DNA from: an uncultured Actinomycetota bacterium
GTDB taxonomy: Bacteria > Actinomycetota > Actinomycetes > Propionibacteriales > Nocardioidaceae
Length of the DNA: 64,000 nucleotides
Direction: 5' to 3'
NCBI GenBank assembly: GCA_963755835.1
Contig: CAVWLC010000005.1
Location: forward strand, 1,524,910 to 1,588,909
Position numbers and translations under genes: made by a program. Position 1 is the first letter of the stretch. Each line of letters opens with the position of its first letter. Below the pieces are notes generated by a model that saw only the letters and a program-made list of their open reading frames with translations, searched no databases and had not been told where the DNA came from. Below are positions 1 through 8,939 of this stretch, piece after piece.

Positions 1-10
1 GCCGGCGCGG

Positions 11-1396
11 GTGTTCGGCGCGGTCGCGGTCGGGATGCCGGACCCGCGGACCGTGCAGGTCCAGCACCTGGACCCGGCCACCGGGAGCTACGACGTCCCG
101 ACCACGATCTATCACGCTCGGGGCCGGGTCACCTGCGGCGCGATCGAGGGGCGGGCCAGCTCGCCGACCGGGCCGGGTGTCGTGCTGCTGCTCGAGTGCG
201 ACAAGCCCTACTACGACGACCAGGCACCGGCGCACAGCGTCGCCGTGGTCTCCCGCGACGGCCGGAGCTGGAGCCATCGCACGCTGCCCGGCGAGGCCTT
301 CCGCGCCCCGGCCATCTCGCCATCCGCGACGTACGCCGCCTGGTTGACCGGGGCGAACGGCGAGTACGTCGAGTGGTCGGCGGCCGCCGGGTTCGGGACT
401 CCCCAGCAGTCGTCGTACCACTACGACCAGGGCCTGGAGACTCCCGTCGTCGACGACACCGGGACCGTGACGGTGATCGGTCCGGAGGCGTCCGCCGGAA
501 AGTGCGTCGTGGGCATCCACTCCCGGGCGCTGTCCGGCGCCCTGACCCACGCCACGCTGCCGATGGACCCGGGCTGCACCGAGGGCGACTTCGAGAACGT
601 CGACGCACTCAGCGTGCTCGGCGGCGGCACCGAGCGGGCCACCCAGTTCACGGTGGCTCGCAGTGCTGTCGGCGCGCCATGGGCGCTCACCAGGGTGGCA
701 CCGGCCGACGCACCCGGGCTGGTGCGATGGGGCTACAACCCGAAACGGATCCAGACCCACTTCCTCTACTCGACCCGACCGGGCTCGACGATCGTGGCCG
801 TCGGCAGCGAGGACCGGCACCACGTGATGGTCCAGGTCTTCGACGGGACCAGCTGGAGCTGGGGGCCGCAGACCGGGCTCTACGGTGCGAGCCGGAGGTG
901 CGACGAGGGGTACTTCGACCTGGCCCCGTCCGCGCTGTACGTCGACGTGCTCAAGTGCGGCATCGGCTACGTCGCGCTGGTGAGCGCGGACGGCGCGGGC
1001 TGGACGGTGCGCGACATCCACCGCAACCCGTTCTCGGTCAGCGATCTCGGCGCCGCGCTGCCCGGCCGTCGCGGCACCACCGTGGTGCGGAGCGACGGGG
1101 CGGTGCAGGAGTTTCCGGTGACGACCGGCAGCCCCTGCGACGTCGTCGCCGCCGGCCGGCCCGGCGAGGTGGTCCGCCTGCACGGCCGTCCTGGCGGCTG
1201 GCCGACCAAGGTCCAGGTCTCGACGGGCGGACGGTTCCACACCGTCTCCCACGCGCCACGCGTGGACGACGCCTGCCGCGGGGCCCTGGTCTACCCGACC
1301 TACGTGTCGCTCGACGGCCGGCACACGTCCCGGGTCGGTCAGCTCGTCCTGCGCGGCAGCACCTGGCGGTTCGTCTACCTGCGGCCCGACTCGTAG
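11..1396 (+). CDS. hypothetical protein, family not recognised; 5' end may lie outside the window
   Basis: 461-codon ORF with balanced, non-repetitive composition, unlike the Arg/Pro-rich shadow ORFs overlapping it. The frame is open back to base 2. Confidence 0.55.
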   Translation: MFGAVAVGMPDPRTVQVQHLDPATGSYDVPTTIYHARGRVTCGAIEGRASSPTGPGVVLLLECDKPYYDDQAPAHSVAVVSRDGRSWSHRTLPGEAFRAPAISPSATYAAWLTGANGEYVEWSAAAGFGTPQQSSYHYDQGLETPVVDDTGTVTVIGPEASAGKCVVGIHSRALSGALTHATLPMDPGCTEGDFENVDALSVLGGGTERATQFTVARSAVGAPWALTRVAPADAPGLVRWGYNPKRIQTHFLYSTRPGSTIVAVGSEDRHHVMVQVFDGTSWSWGPQTGLYGASRRCDEGYFDLAPSALYVDVLKCGIGYVALVSADGAGWTVRDIHRNPFSVSDLGAALPGRRGTTVVRSDGAVQEFPVTTGSPCDVVAAGRPGEVVRLHGRPGGWPTKVQVSTGGRFHTVSHAPRVDDACRGALVYPTYVSLDGRHTSRVGQLVLRGSTWRFVYLRPDS

Positions 1397-2136
1397 AGGC
1401 AGAGCGCGGCCGCGGTGGAGAGGTTGAGGCTCTCGGCCCGGCCGTGGATCGGGATCGCCACCCGGTGGTCGGCCAGCTGCGCGAGCTCCGGTGGCAGCCC
1501 CCGGGCCTCGTTGCCGAACAGCCATGCCGTGGGGCCGGTCAGGTCGGCGTCGTACAGCCCGACCTCGCCGGCACCGTCGGCGGCCAGGACCGTGAGCCCG
1601 GCCTCCCTCGCTGCCCCCACCGCGGTCTCGGCAGAGGGCTCCACTGCCACGGGTAGGTGGAAGGCGCTGCCGACGCTGGCCCGGATCGTCTTCGAGTTGT
1701 AGAGGTCGACCGAGCTGCCGGCCAGCACCACCGCGTCGGCGCCGGCCGCGTCGGCACAGCGGATCACGGTCCCGGCGTTGCCGGGGTCGCGGACGTCGGC
1801 ACAGATCGCCACCAGGCGAGCCCCGGCGAGTGCCTCGGCGACCGGCACGTCGACGAAGCGACAGAGCGCGACCACGCCCGCCGGGTTGACCGACTCCGAC
1901 AGCAGGTCGATGCCGCGACCCTCGACCACGGTCAGCCGGACGTCGTCGGGCAGCGCGCCGGGCTCGAGCCCGGGGCGGACGAAGACCTCCACCACGCAGC
2001 CGGCCTCGAGGGCGGCCTCGACGGCCTTGGGGCCGTCGGCAAGGAAGAGCCGCCGCTCGGTCCGGACCGAGCGGCGGCTGAGCTTCCTGATCTCCTTCAG
2101 GCGGGCGTTGCCCGCCGTGAGAGGTGGAGTGGTCAG
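1375..2136 (-). CDS. TrmH/SpoU-family RNA 2'-O-methyltransferase
   Basis: SpoU motifs are present ([49 protein letters not shown]), as is the N-terminal region [13 protein letters not shown]. The only start upstream of the conserved N-terminus is CTG at 2136, overlapping the rplT stop as CTGA. Confidence 0.85.
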   Translation of the reverse strand: MTTPPLTAGNARLKEIRKLSRRSVRTERRLFLADGPKAVEAALEAGCVVEVFVRPGLEPGALPDDVRLTVVEGRGIDLLSESVNPAGVVALCRFVDVPVAEALAGARLVAICADVRDPGNAGTVIRCADAAGADAVVLAGSSVDLYNSKTIRASVGSAFHLPVAVEPSAETAVGAAREAGLTVLAADGAGEVGLYDADLTGPTAWLFGNEARGLPPELAQLADHRVAIPIHGRAESLNLSTAAALCLYESGRR

Positions 2137-2525
2137 GCGGAGGCCTCGGCCTTGGGCGCGTTGACGTCCTCCGGCAGGGCGGCCCTGGCCACCTCGACCA
2201 GCGCGTTGAACGCGGCGATGTCGTTGACGGCGAGGTCGGCCATGATCTTGCGGTCGACCTCGACGCCGGCCAGGCCGAGCCCCTGGATGAACCGGTTGTA
2301 GGTCATGCCCTGGGCGCGGGCAGCCGCGTTGATCCGCTGGATCCACAGGCGACGGAAGTTGCCCTTGTTCTTGCGGCGGTCGTTGTAGCTGTAGACCAGC
2401 GAATGGGTGACCTGCTCCTTGGCCTTGCGGTACAGGCGCGAGCGCTGGCCGCGGTAGCCGCTGGCGCGCTCGAGGGTGGTCCTGCGCTTCTTCTGGGCGT
2501 TCACTGCCCGCTTGACGCGTGCCAT
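2133..2525 (-). CDS. rplT: 50S ribosomal protein L20
   Basis: [39 protein letters not shown]... is a full-length L20 signature. GAGGAG Shine-Dalgarno (SD) sequence upstream. Confidence 0.97.
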   Translation of the reverse strand: MARVKRAVNAQKKRRTTLERASGYRGQRSRLYRKAKEQVTHSLVYSYNDRRKNKGNFRRLWIQRINAAARAQGMTYNRFIQGLGLAGVEVDRKIMADLAVNDIAAFNALVEVARAALPEDVNAPKAEASA

Positions 2526-2562
2526 GTCTTCTTGCTCCTCGTAATGGTCGGGTCAGGGCGGG

Positions 2563-2775
2563 CTAGAGGCCCAGCATCTTCTTGGCGCGCTTCACGTCGG
2601 CCTTCTCCAGCTCGACCATGCCCGCGTTGCGGCGGTGCTTCTTGCGGCTACCGGTGGTCGGGGCGGACGCGAACGCGGCACCGGACTTCCGGCCGGCCTG
2701 GAGCCGGCGGATCTTGCCGGTTCCGGTCACCTTGAACCGCTTGCTGGCACCCGAGTGGGTCTTGTTCTTGGGCAT
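2563..2775 (-). CDS. rpmI: 50S ribosomal protein L35
   Basis: MPKNKTHSGASKRFKVTGTGKIRR... begins at an internal ATG of the 97-aa ORF, preceded by GAGGAGAGAGAT. Confidence 0.93.
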   Translation of the reverse strand: MPKNKTHSGASKRFKVTGTGKIRRLQAGRKSGAAFASAPTTGSRKKHRRNAGMVELEKADVKRAKKMLGL

Positions 2776-2890
2776 ATCTCTCTCCTCGTACGTCGTACCT
2801 GCCGTCTGTACGGCGTGTGTGGTCTGTGTGTCGTGGCCTACTGGGCCCAGGGCCACTGGGCCCGGAGGTCTCGACAGAAGCGTTCGTGCC

Positions 2891-3583
2891 TCACGCTTCT
2901 ATCTCGGGATCCAGGTTCTCGGAGCGGCCGTGCTCCTTCTTCTGGGCCACCGGGCCGGCGGCACGCGCAGTCGCACGCTCCGCGGCCTCTTCGGCTGCCT
3001 CGGCGGCGCGGGAAGCCATGCGCTCCTCCTTGGCTGCCTGGGCCTCGACCTTGGCCTCGGCCTTCTTCTTGTGCGGACCCAGAACCATGATCATGTTGCG
3101 GCCGTCCTGCTTGGGGGCCGACTCCACGAAGCCGAGCTCCGTGACGTCCTCGGCCAGCCGCTGGAGCAGCCGGAACCCGAGCTCGGGGCGGTGCTGCTCG
3201 CGACCGCGGAACATGATCGTGATCTTGACCTTGTCGCCCGACTTGAGGAACCGCACGACGTGACCCTTCTTGGTCTCGTAGTCGTGCTGGTCGATCTTGG
3301 GACGAAGCTTCATCTCCTTGATGATCACGTTCGTCTGGTTCCGGCGGGCCTCACGGGCCTTCTGGGCGTTCTCGTACTTGAACTTCCCGTAGTCCATGAG
3401 CTTGCAGACCGGAGGCTTGCCCTGCGGCGCGATCTCGACGAGGTCGAGGTCGGCCTCCTGGGCGAGCTTGAGCGCCTGGTCCGTCGGCACGATGCCCACG
3501 GTCTCGCCATTGGGACCCACGAGGCGGACCTCGGGTACCCGGATCCGGTCGTTGATACGAAGCTCGGTGCTGATGTGTCCTCC
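2891..3583 (-). CDS. infC: translation initiation factor IF-3, non-canonical ATC start
   Basis: [24 protein letters not shown]...[11 protein letters not shown] is the IF-3 signature. No ATG/GTG lies at the conserved N-terminus. ATC at 3583-3581 sits 4 nt after AGGAGG. Confidence 0.9.
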   Translation of the reverse strand, partial: GGHISTELRINDRIRVPEVRLVGPNGETVGIVPTDQALKLAQEADLDLVEIAPQGKPPVCKLMDYGKFKYENAQKAREARRNQTNVIIKEMKLRPKIDQHDYETKKGHVVRFLKSGDKVKITIMFRGREQHRPELGFRLLQRLAEDVTELGFVESAPKQDGRNMIMVLGPHKKKAEAKVEAQAAKEERMASRAAEAAEEAAERATARAAGPVAQKKEHGRSENLDPEIEA

Positions 3584-3614
3584 TGTGTTTCGGTGACTGG
3601 GGTCGGAGGCCGCC

Positions 3615-3650
3615 GAAAATGAGAGAAGCCTCCGCGTCGCAAGCGGAGGC
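3615..3650 (-). terminator. intrinsic-terminator-like hairpin plus U-tract in the infC leader (possible attenuator)
   Basis: Minus-strand RNA reads GCCUCCGC-UUGCGAC-GCGGAGGC, followed by UUCUCUCAUUUUC. It lies about 30-65 nt upstream of the infC start. Confidence 0.45.
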
Positions 3651-3798
3651 CAGTCGTTGCTCGCCCGCGCATCCTTGTTCGGGACACGTGGCCGAGCCAC
3701 CAGGACCGGAACCCGACGACCTTGTCGTGCTGAGTGCTGCTGGGCGGTCGATGCGGGTGGGAGGCCAGGCAGCCCGGGGGCCGCTGTCTTCCGCTTGA

Positions 3799-3824
3799 GA
3801 TCCGTGCTCCTGGGAGCACAGATC
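3799..3824 (-). terminator. 12-bp hairpin just downstream of the SseB-like gene
   Basis: Arms GATCUGUGCUCC / GGAGCACGGAUC pair perfectly on the minus-strand RNA (one G-U). There is no U-tract. Confidence 0.3.
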
Positions 3825-3847
3825 GGTCAACGCTCGATGGTAACCGA

Positions 3848-4324
3848 CTATTCCGTTCCCGGCGAAACCGAGGCGGCGTACGGGACCGGCCCGGCGACGT
3901 CGATCAGCAGCGCCTCGGCGCCGTCCTGGAGCGCCGCCAACGCGGCCGTCGGGGCCGGGACCGGCACCGGTCTGGCGGCCGGGTCCCAGGACCGCATCGC
4001 GTCGAGGCCGGTGAACGCCAGCAGCGCCAGCCGCCCGTCCGCTCCCCTCATCAGCACGGTCGCCATCTCGGCCGACTTGTCACCGACCAGCCCGTCCGGC
4101 CCGGCCTCCAGGCCGGGTGCACGCTCCCCCAGCTCGGCGACCACCGGCACCAGCAGCCGGGCGCTCGGCAGGGCGGCCAGCACGTCGGGCTCCCGGCTCG
4201 GGTCCTCGGCGTACGCCGCCAGGGCCGCGGACAGGGCCGGGTCCGGCTCCCCCGCGTCGTCCGGGGCCCCGGCGCCCGCCAGCAGCCGGGCCCCGGTCCG
4301 GTCCTGCGTCTGGTCCTGGTCCAC
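3848..4324 (-). CDS. SseB-family protein
   Basis: Pattern ...ARLLVPVVAE...AEMATVLMRGADGRLALLAFTGLDAMRSWDPAARPVPV is typical of actinobacterial SseB-like proteins. GTG start. Confidence 0.7.
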   Translation of the reverse strand: MDQDQTQDRTGARLLAGAGAPDDAGEPDPALSAALAAYAEDPSREPDVLAALPSARLLVPVVAELGERAPGLEAGPDGLVGDKSAEMATVLMRGADGRLALLAFTGLDAMRSWDPAARPVPVPAPTAALAALQDGAEALLIDVAGPVPYAASVSPGTE

Positions 4325-4347
4325 GGTCGTAACCGTAGGCTTGCCGT

Positions 4348-4788
4348 GTGGACCAAGCCGCCTGGGGAGCTCTCACGCTCAGCCTCACGGTGCTGGGCGG
4401 GATCTACACCTGGTTCGCCTTCCGGAGCCGCGGCTTCGTGGCCGGGCTGCGGGGGGTCGGGTTCACGTTGATCCCGGTGGCACTGCTGCTCACCGACACG
4501 CTCCAGATGGTCACCCGGATCGGGAGCGCCATCGGCGACTGGGCCGTGGGGCTGGCGTTCAGCCCGGCCACGTGGCTCGGGGTCATCCTGGCCGGCGTCT
4601 CGGTGGTGTGCTTCGTGGTCGCCGGCTACGTCGCCAACCGCGGGACGGGCGCGGAGTCGGACGACGGGAAGCCGGCGCCCAAGGAGCTGTCGAAGAGCAA
4701 GGGCCGCAAGTCCGACCCGGTGCTCTCCGACATCGACCCCGAGCTGGCCGAGATCGAGGCCCTCCTGCGCAAGCGCGGGATCACGTGA
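4348..4788 (+). CDS. hypothetical integral membrane protein
   Basis: Three or four hydrophobic helices followed by a charged tail. The stop overlaps the next gene's start (GTGA). Confidence 0.65.
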   Translation: MDQAAWGALTLSLTVLGGIYTWFAFRSRGFVAGLRGVGFTLIPVALLLTDTLQMVTRIGSAIGDWAVGLAFSPATWLGVILAGVSVVCFVVAGYVANRGTGAESDDGKPAPKELSKSKGRKSDPVLSDIDPELAEIEALLRKRGIT

Positions 4789-6014
4789 CCTCCGCGTCTG
4801 GCCAGACTGTCGAGCGGAACCGGCTGTGGGCACGGCTCAACGACGCCATCGCCGCTCACGAGGAGACGCTGGCCACACCTGTGATGGTGGTGGACCTCGA
4901 CGCGTTCGACGCGAACGCCGACGACCTGGTCCGCCGGGCGGGGGGCGTGCCGATCCGGGTCGCCTCCAAGTCCGTGCGGGTGCCCGCCCTGCTGAGCAGG
5001 GTGCTCGCCCGTGACGGCTTCCACGGCGTGCTGGGCTTCACCCTGGCCGAGGCACTGTGGCTCGAGGAGCAGGGCATCACCGACGACATCGTGGTCGCCT
5101 ACCCGACCGTGGACCGGGGTGCGCTGGCCCGGCTGGTCGCCTCGCCCTCCGCGGCCGGGCACATCACGCTGATGGTCGACGACGTGGCGCACCTCGACCT
5201 GGTCGACTCCGTGCGCGCCTCGCACGCCGTGCCGGTCCGGGTGGCGATCGACGTGGACGCCGGGCTGCGGATGGGCGGCCAGCACGTCGGGCCCAAGCGA
5301 TCCCCGCTCTCCGACGCGGGGGACGTGCTCCGGCTGGCCGACGAGATCGAACGCCGGCACGGCTTCAGGCTGGTCGGCGCCATGACCTACGAGGGCCAGG
5401 TCGCCGGTGTCCAGGACGACGTACCGTCGCAGCGCGCGAAGTCGGCCGTCGTCCGCCGGATCAAGTCGCTCTCGACGACCCAGCTCGAGGTCCGGCGCCG
5501 TGAGGTGGCCGATGCGCTGACCGCCGCCGGCGTCGAGCTGGAGTTCTGGAACGCCGGCGGAACCGGCTCGGTCGAGACCACGGTGGCCGACCGGGTGGTG
5601 ACCGAGGTGGCCGCCGGCTCCGGGCTGCTGACGCCCACGCTGTTCGACCACTACCAGTCGTTCGACGCCCGACCGGCGGCGTTCTTCGGGCTGCCGGTGA
5701 CCCGCCGCCCGTCGCCCCGGGTCGCGACCGTGCACGGCGGCGGGCTGGTGGCCTCCGGGCCCATCGGCAAGGACCGGCTCCCGACTCCGTGGGCGCCGGC
5801 CGGGCTGCACCTGACCGGCCTCGAGGGGGCCGGCGAGGTGCAGACCCCGCTGACCGGCCACCCGGCCGCGCTGCTGTCGATCGGCGACCTGGTCTGGTTC
5901 CGGCACGCCAAGGCCGGTGAGCTGTTCGAGCACACCAACAACGTCCAGCTGCTCTCCGGCGCGCGGTTCACCGAGGAGGTCCTGACCTACCGTGGCCACG
6001 GCCTCGCTTTCTGA
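4785..6014 (+). CDS. PLP-dependent amino-acid deaminase/aldolase (alanine racemase N-terminal fold, DSD1-like)
   Basis: TPVMVVDLDAFDANADDLVRRAGGVPIRVASKSVR... plus a C-terminal D-serine-dehydratase-like region. Only the last 409 codons of the 785-aa ORF look coding. Confidence 0.8.
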   Translation: MTSASGQTVERNRLWARLNDAIAAHEETLATPVMVVDLDAFDANADDLVRRAGGVPIRVASKSVRVPALLSRVLARDGFHGVLGFTLAEALWLEEQGITDDIVVAYPTVDRGALARLVASPSAAGHITLMVDDVAHLDLVDSVRASHAVPVRVAIDVDAGLRMGGQHVGPKRSPLSDAGDVLRLADEIERRHGFRLVGAMTYEGQVAGVQDDVPSQRAKSAVVRRIKSLSTTQLEVRRREVADALTAAGVELEFWNAGGTGSVETTVADRVVTEVAAGSGLLTPTLFDHYQSFDARPAAFFGLPVTRRPSPRVATVHGGGLVASGPIGKDRLPTPWAPAGLHLTGLEGAGEVQTPLTGHPAALLSIGDLVWFRHAKAGELFEHTNNVQLLSGARFTEEVLTYRGHGLAF

Positions 6015-6543
6015 GTCCGTGCGGGAGATCGTGGCGCTGGCCGAGTCGCGGCCGCCCACCCTGGGCGCGGGCCGGCTGGTCGCGGTGGACGGGCCGGCGG
6101 GGTCCGGCAAGACCACCCTGGGCGCGGCGATCGCGGAGCTGACCGTGGCCCAGGTCGTGCACATGGACGACCTGATGGAGGGCTGGGGCGGCATGGCCGG
6201 CACCGGCGAGCAGCTCCGGTCGATCGTCGGGCCGCTGGTGGCCGGAACGGCGGGCAGCTACCGCCACTACAACTGGCACGAAGGACGGTTCGACGGGACC
6301 GTTCCGGTCCCGTCGGCGCCCTGGCTGGTGGTCGAGGGCGTCGGCGCCGGCAACCCGCTGATCGCCGCGCAGGTCACCGTGCTCGTCTGGGTGGAGGTCG
6401 ACGACGCGCTGAGGCTGCGTCGCGGGCTGGAGCGGGACGGGGCGGCCATGGCGGGCCACTGGCAGCAGTGGATGCAGGACGAGGTCGGGTTCTTCGCCGA
6501 GCAGCGCACCGCCGAGCGAGCCGACGTGGTGGTGCGCCCCTAG
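5992..6543 (+). CDS. P-loop NTPase, uridine-kinase-like
   Basis: Walker A motif VAVDGPAGSGKTTLG, and WLVVEGVGAG resembling Walker B. Confidence 0.7.
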   Translation: MATASLSESVREIVALAESRPPTLGAGRLVAVDGPAGSGKTTLGAAIAELTVAQVVHMDDLMEGWGGMAGTGEQLRSIVGPLVAGTAGSYRHYNWHEGRFDGTVPVPSAPWLVVEGVGAGNPLIAAQVTVLVWVEVDDALRLRRGLERDGAAMAGHWQQWMQDEVGFFAEQRTAERADVVVRP

Positions 6544-6551
6544 GGCGTGTC

Positions 6552-7364
6552 CTAGGCGACGTGGCCCCACGCAGCCACCAGCGTCGGCAGCACCAGGACC
6601 GCCCCGGCCGCCCGGACCTCGGCCCGGAGCCGGTCCTCGAAGGAGTCGAGGTCGAGTGCGGCGACGTCGGCGAGGCCGTACCGCTCCATCGCCGGGGCCA
6701 GGCTCTTGAGCGCCGCGGTGAGCATGGGCGGTCCGCTCACGTCGTCCGGGCCGGCGTACCCCTGAAGGCCGAGGACCTGCGCGTCGAGGGCACCGGCCTC
6801 CCGCAGGACGTCTCCCATCCGGGGGCCGATCGTCTGCGGCGTGCCGGCCGCGGCGAACGCGGCGCTCACGAGCTCCCGGCCCCGCTCGACGGTCGGCGTC
6901 GGTGGCGCCGACCGGATCGCGTCGGTGTCGTACTCGAGCGCCAGGTAGACGCCGCCCGGGCTCAGCGCGCCGAGCAGCCTCCGGATCGTGGCCACCCGGT
7001 CGGGGAGGTAGGAGTGCACCAGCCGGCCGACCACGGCGTCGACCGGCTCGGCCGGGACGTACGTCGCGACATCTGCGCTGACGAAGCGGACGTTGGCGAG
7101 GTTGCGGTCACGACACTTCCCCGCGGCGTACTCCAGGACGTCCGGCGACCGGTCGACGCCCAGGACCGAGCCGTCGAGGCCGACCACGTCGGCGACCAGC
7201 AGGGCCACCTCGCCGGTGCCGGTCCCGAGGTCGAGCACCCGCATTCCCGGCCCGATCCCGGCCACCAGCAGCGCCAGCCGCGTGGCTCGCTCCAGCACCT
7301 CCGCCTGGCTGTCGAGCCGGGCCAGCTCCTCGGCACGGTGGCCGAGCACGTACTCCTCTGCCAT
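6552..7364 (-). CDS. class I SAM-dependent methyltransferase
   Basis: Motif I VLDLGTGTGEVAL and post-I LGVDRSPDVL. Confidence 0.85.
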   Translation of the reverse strand: MAEEYVLGHRAEELARLDSQAEVLERATRLALLVAGIGPGMRVLDLGTGTGEVALLVADVVGLDGSVLGVDRSPDVLEYAAGKCRDRNLANVRFVSADVATYVPAEPVDAVVGRLVHSYLPDRVATIRRLLGALSPGGVYLALEYDTDAIRSAPPTPTVERGRELVSAAFAAAGTPQTIGPRMGDVLREAGALDAQVLGLQGYAGPDDVSGPPMLTAALKSLAPAMERYGLADVAALDLDSFEDRLRAEVRAAGAVLVLPTLVAAWGHVA

Positions 7365-7490
7365 GCCTTCGGATCATGCTCCTGACGGGCCACTCGGACC
7401 AGCACGTCGCTGGTCCGTGCCGCGCTCTCCCTGCGGAATGGCCTCCTCCGCGGTGTCGACCAGGCACCTGCGACCCGAGTTCCCGCTACG

Positions 7491-8414
7491 GTGGCGCGCG
7501 TGGTGGCACCGAGTGGCGAGCAGTACGAGATCTCCGGCAGCGGCTACCGCGCCGTGGTCACCGAGTGCGGTGCCGGGCTGCGGCTGCTGGAGCACGAGGG
7601 GCGGGCGCTGGTCGACGGGTACGCCGAGGAGCAGATGGCGTCGGCCTGCCGCGGCCAGCTGCTGATGCCGTGGCCGAACCGGATCCGGGACGGGAAGTAC
7701 GCCGTCGGCGAGCGGCAGCTCCAGCTGCCGCTGACCGAGCCGGCCCGGCACAACGCCTCGCACGGCCTGGTCCGCTGGGTCACGTGGAGCCTCGACGAGC
7801 ACACCGGCCGGTCCGTGGTGCTGCGGTACCGGCTGATGGCCCAGAGCGGCTATCCGTGGACGCTCGACCTGCAGGTGGTCTACGACCTCAGCGCGGACGG
7901 GCTGACGGTGACCCAGTCCGCCACCAACCTCGCCGCCGAGCCCGCGCCGTACGCCCAGGGCGCGCACCCGTACCTCACCGTCGGCGCCGGACCCTGCGAC
8001 GGCTGGGAGCTCACGCTGCCCGCTGCCACCCGGTCCCTGTCCGACCCGGAGCGGAAGCTGCCGACGGGTCGGGAGCCGGTCGACGGCACCGACTACGACT
8101 TCCGCGTGGCCCGCCCGGTGCGCGGCACCGTCATCGACTACGCCTTCACCGATCTGGCCCGGGACGACGCCGGGCACGCCACGGTCGAGCTGCGGGACCC
8201 CGCGTCCGGCGACGCCGTGGCGCTCTGGACCGATGCCGCGCACCCGTGGCTGATGGTCTTCACCGCCGAGGAGGACCCCGGTGGCGATCGCCGCGCCCTG
8301 GCCGTCGAGCCGATGACCGCCCAGGCCGACGCCTTCCGCTCCGGCGAGGACCTCCTCTGGCTGGACCCGGGCCAGGACTTCGCCGCCTCCTGGGGCATCC
8401 GCACCCTCGACTGA
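7491..8414 (+). CDS. aldose 1-epimerase family protein
   Basis: Strong family resemblance: GQLLMPWPNRIRDGKY, ARHNASHGLVRW, GAHPYL, AVEPMT. Confidence 0.85.
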   Translation: MARVVAPSGEQYEISGSGYRAVVTECGAGLRLLEHEGRALVDGYAEEQMASACRGQLLMPWPNRIRDGKYAVGERQLQLPLTEPARHNASHGLVRWVTWSLDEHTGRSVVLRYRLMAQSGYPWTLDLQVVYDLSADGLTVTQSATNLAAEPAPYAQGAHPYLTVGAGPCDGWELTLPAATRSLSDPERKLPTGREPVDGTDYDFRVARPVRGTVIDYAFTDLARDDAGHATVELRDPASGDAVALWTDAAHPWLMVFTAEEDPGGDRRALAVEPMTAQADAFRSGEDLLWLDPGQDFAASWGIRTLD

Positions 8415-8483
8415 CGTGGACCGCAGGTTCACGGTCCAGGCTGCCCGCAACGCCGGCGAGCAGCAGTGTCAACCTGCCACCGG

Positions 8484-8939
8484 TCACAGGGCGGAGGCGG
8501 CCTCGACGAGGGCCCGGAGCTCGCCGAGGGCGACCCGGGCGCGTCGGCCGTCGGAGCCCTGGATGCCCATCACCGAGGCGGTCTCGCCGTCGGCCAGGTC
8601 GAGGGTGACCCACGGCGCGCCCGGTGGCAGCCGGGCGGCGACGATCTGGGGCCACTCGAACTCGTGGCGGCGGAAGCCGTTCACCACCACCAGCCGGTCG
8701 GCGTACGCCACCGCGCGGGAGCGGATCAGTGCGAACATCAGGGCCAGGTACAGCAGCCCGAAGAAGATCAGGGTGCCCCGCTGGAGCCAGGTGAACCTGG
8801 CCTTCTCCTCGTCGTCGAAGCCGAACCACCCGGCCGCCACCACCGCGACGAGCGCGCAGGTGACCGCGACCCCGACCACGCGCGGCCCCAGCGGCCGCCA
8901 CGTGCGCGGCAGCGCAGGGAGCTCAGAGCCGGCAGGCAT
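8484..8939 (-). CDS. PH-domain-containing membrane protein
   Basis: Two N-terminal TM helices followed by a bacterial PH-like domain. Conserved position next to hisG in actinobacteria. Confidence 0.7.
   Translation of the reverse strand: MPAGSELPALPRTWRPLGPRVVGVAVTCALVAVVAAGWFGFDDEEKARFTWLQRGTLIFFGLLYLALMFALIRSRAVAYADRLVVVNGFRRHEFEWPQIVAARLPPGAPWVTLDLADGETASVMGIQGSDGRRARVALGELRALVEAASAL

Noticed and set aside
196-1656. 486-aa plus-strand ORF overlapping the first gene and the TrmH gene. Many similar long shadow ORFs exist elsewhere (for example 4626-6203 minus, 21642-24362 plus, 43208-46186 plus, 47509-49212 minus, 56815-58833 plus).
   Set aside because: Their translations are Arg/Pro/Gly/Ala-rich, low in complexity and without family resemblance. 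Each fully overlaps a gene with strong homology in another frame or strand. This is the expected stop-codon-poor artefact of a very GC-rich genome.
3657-4784. N-terminal 376 codons of the 785-aa ORF that ends as the PLP-dependent deaminase.
   Set aside because: This part is low-complexity sequence. It overlaps the SseB-like gene on the opposite strand and the membrane-protein gene in another frame. The homologous region begins at the GTG at 4785, coupled to the upstream stop.
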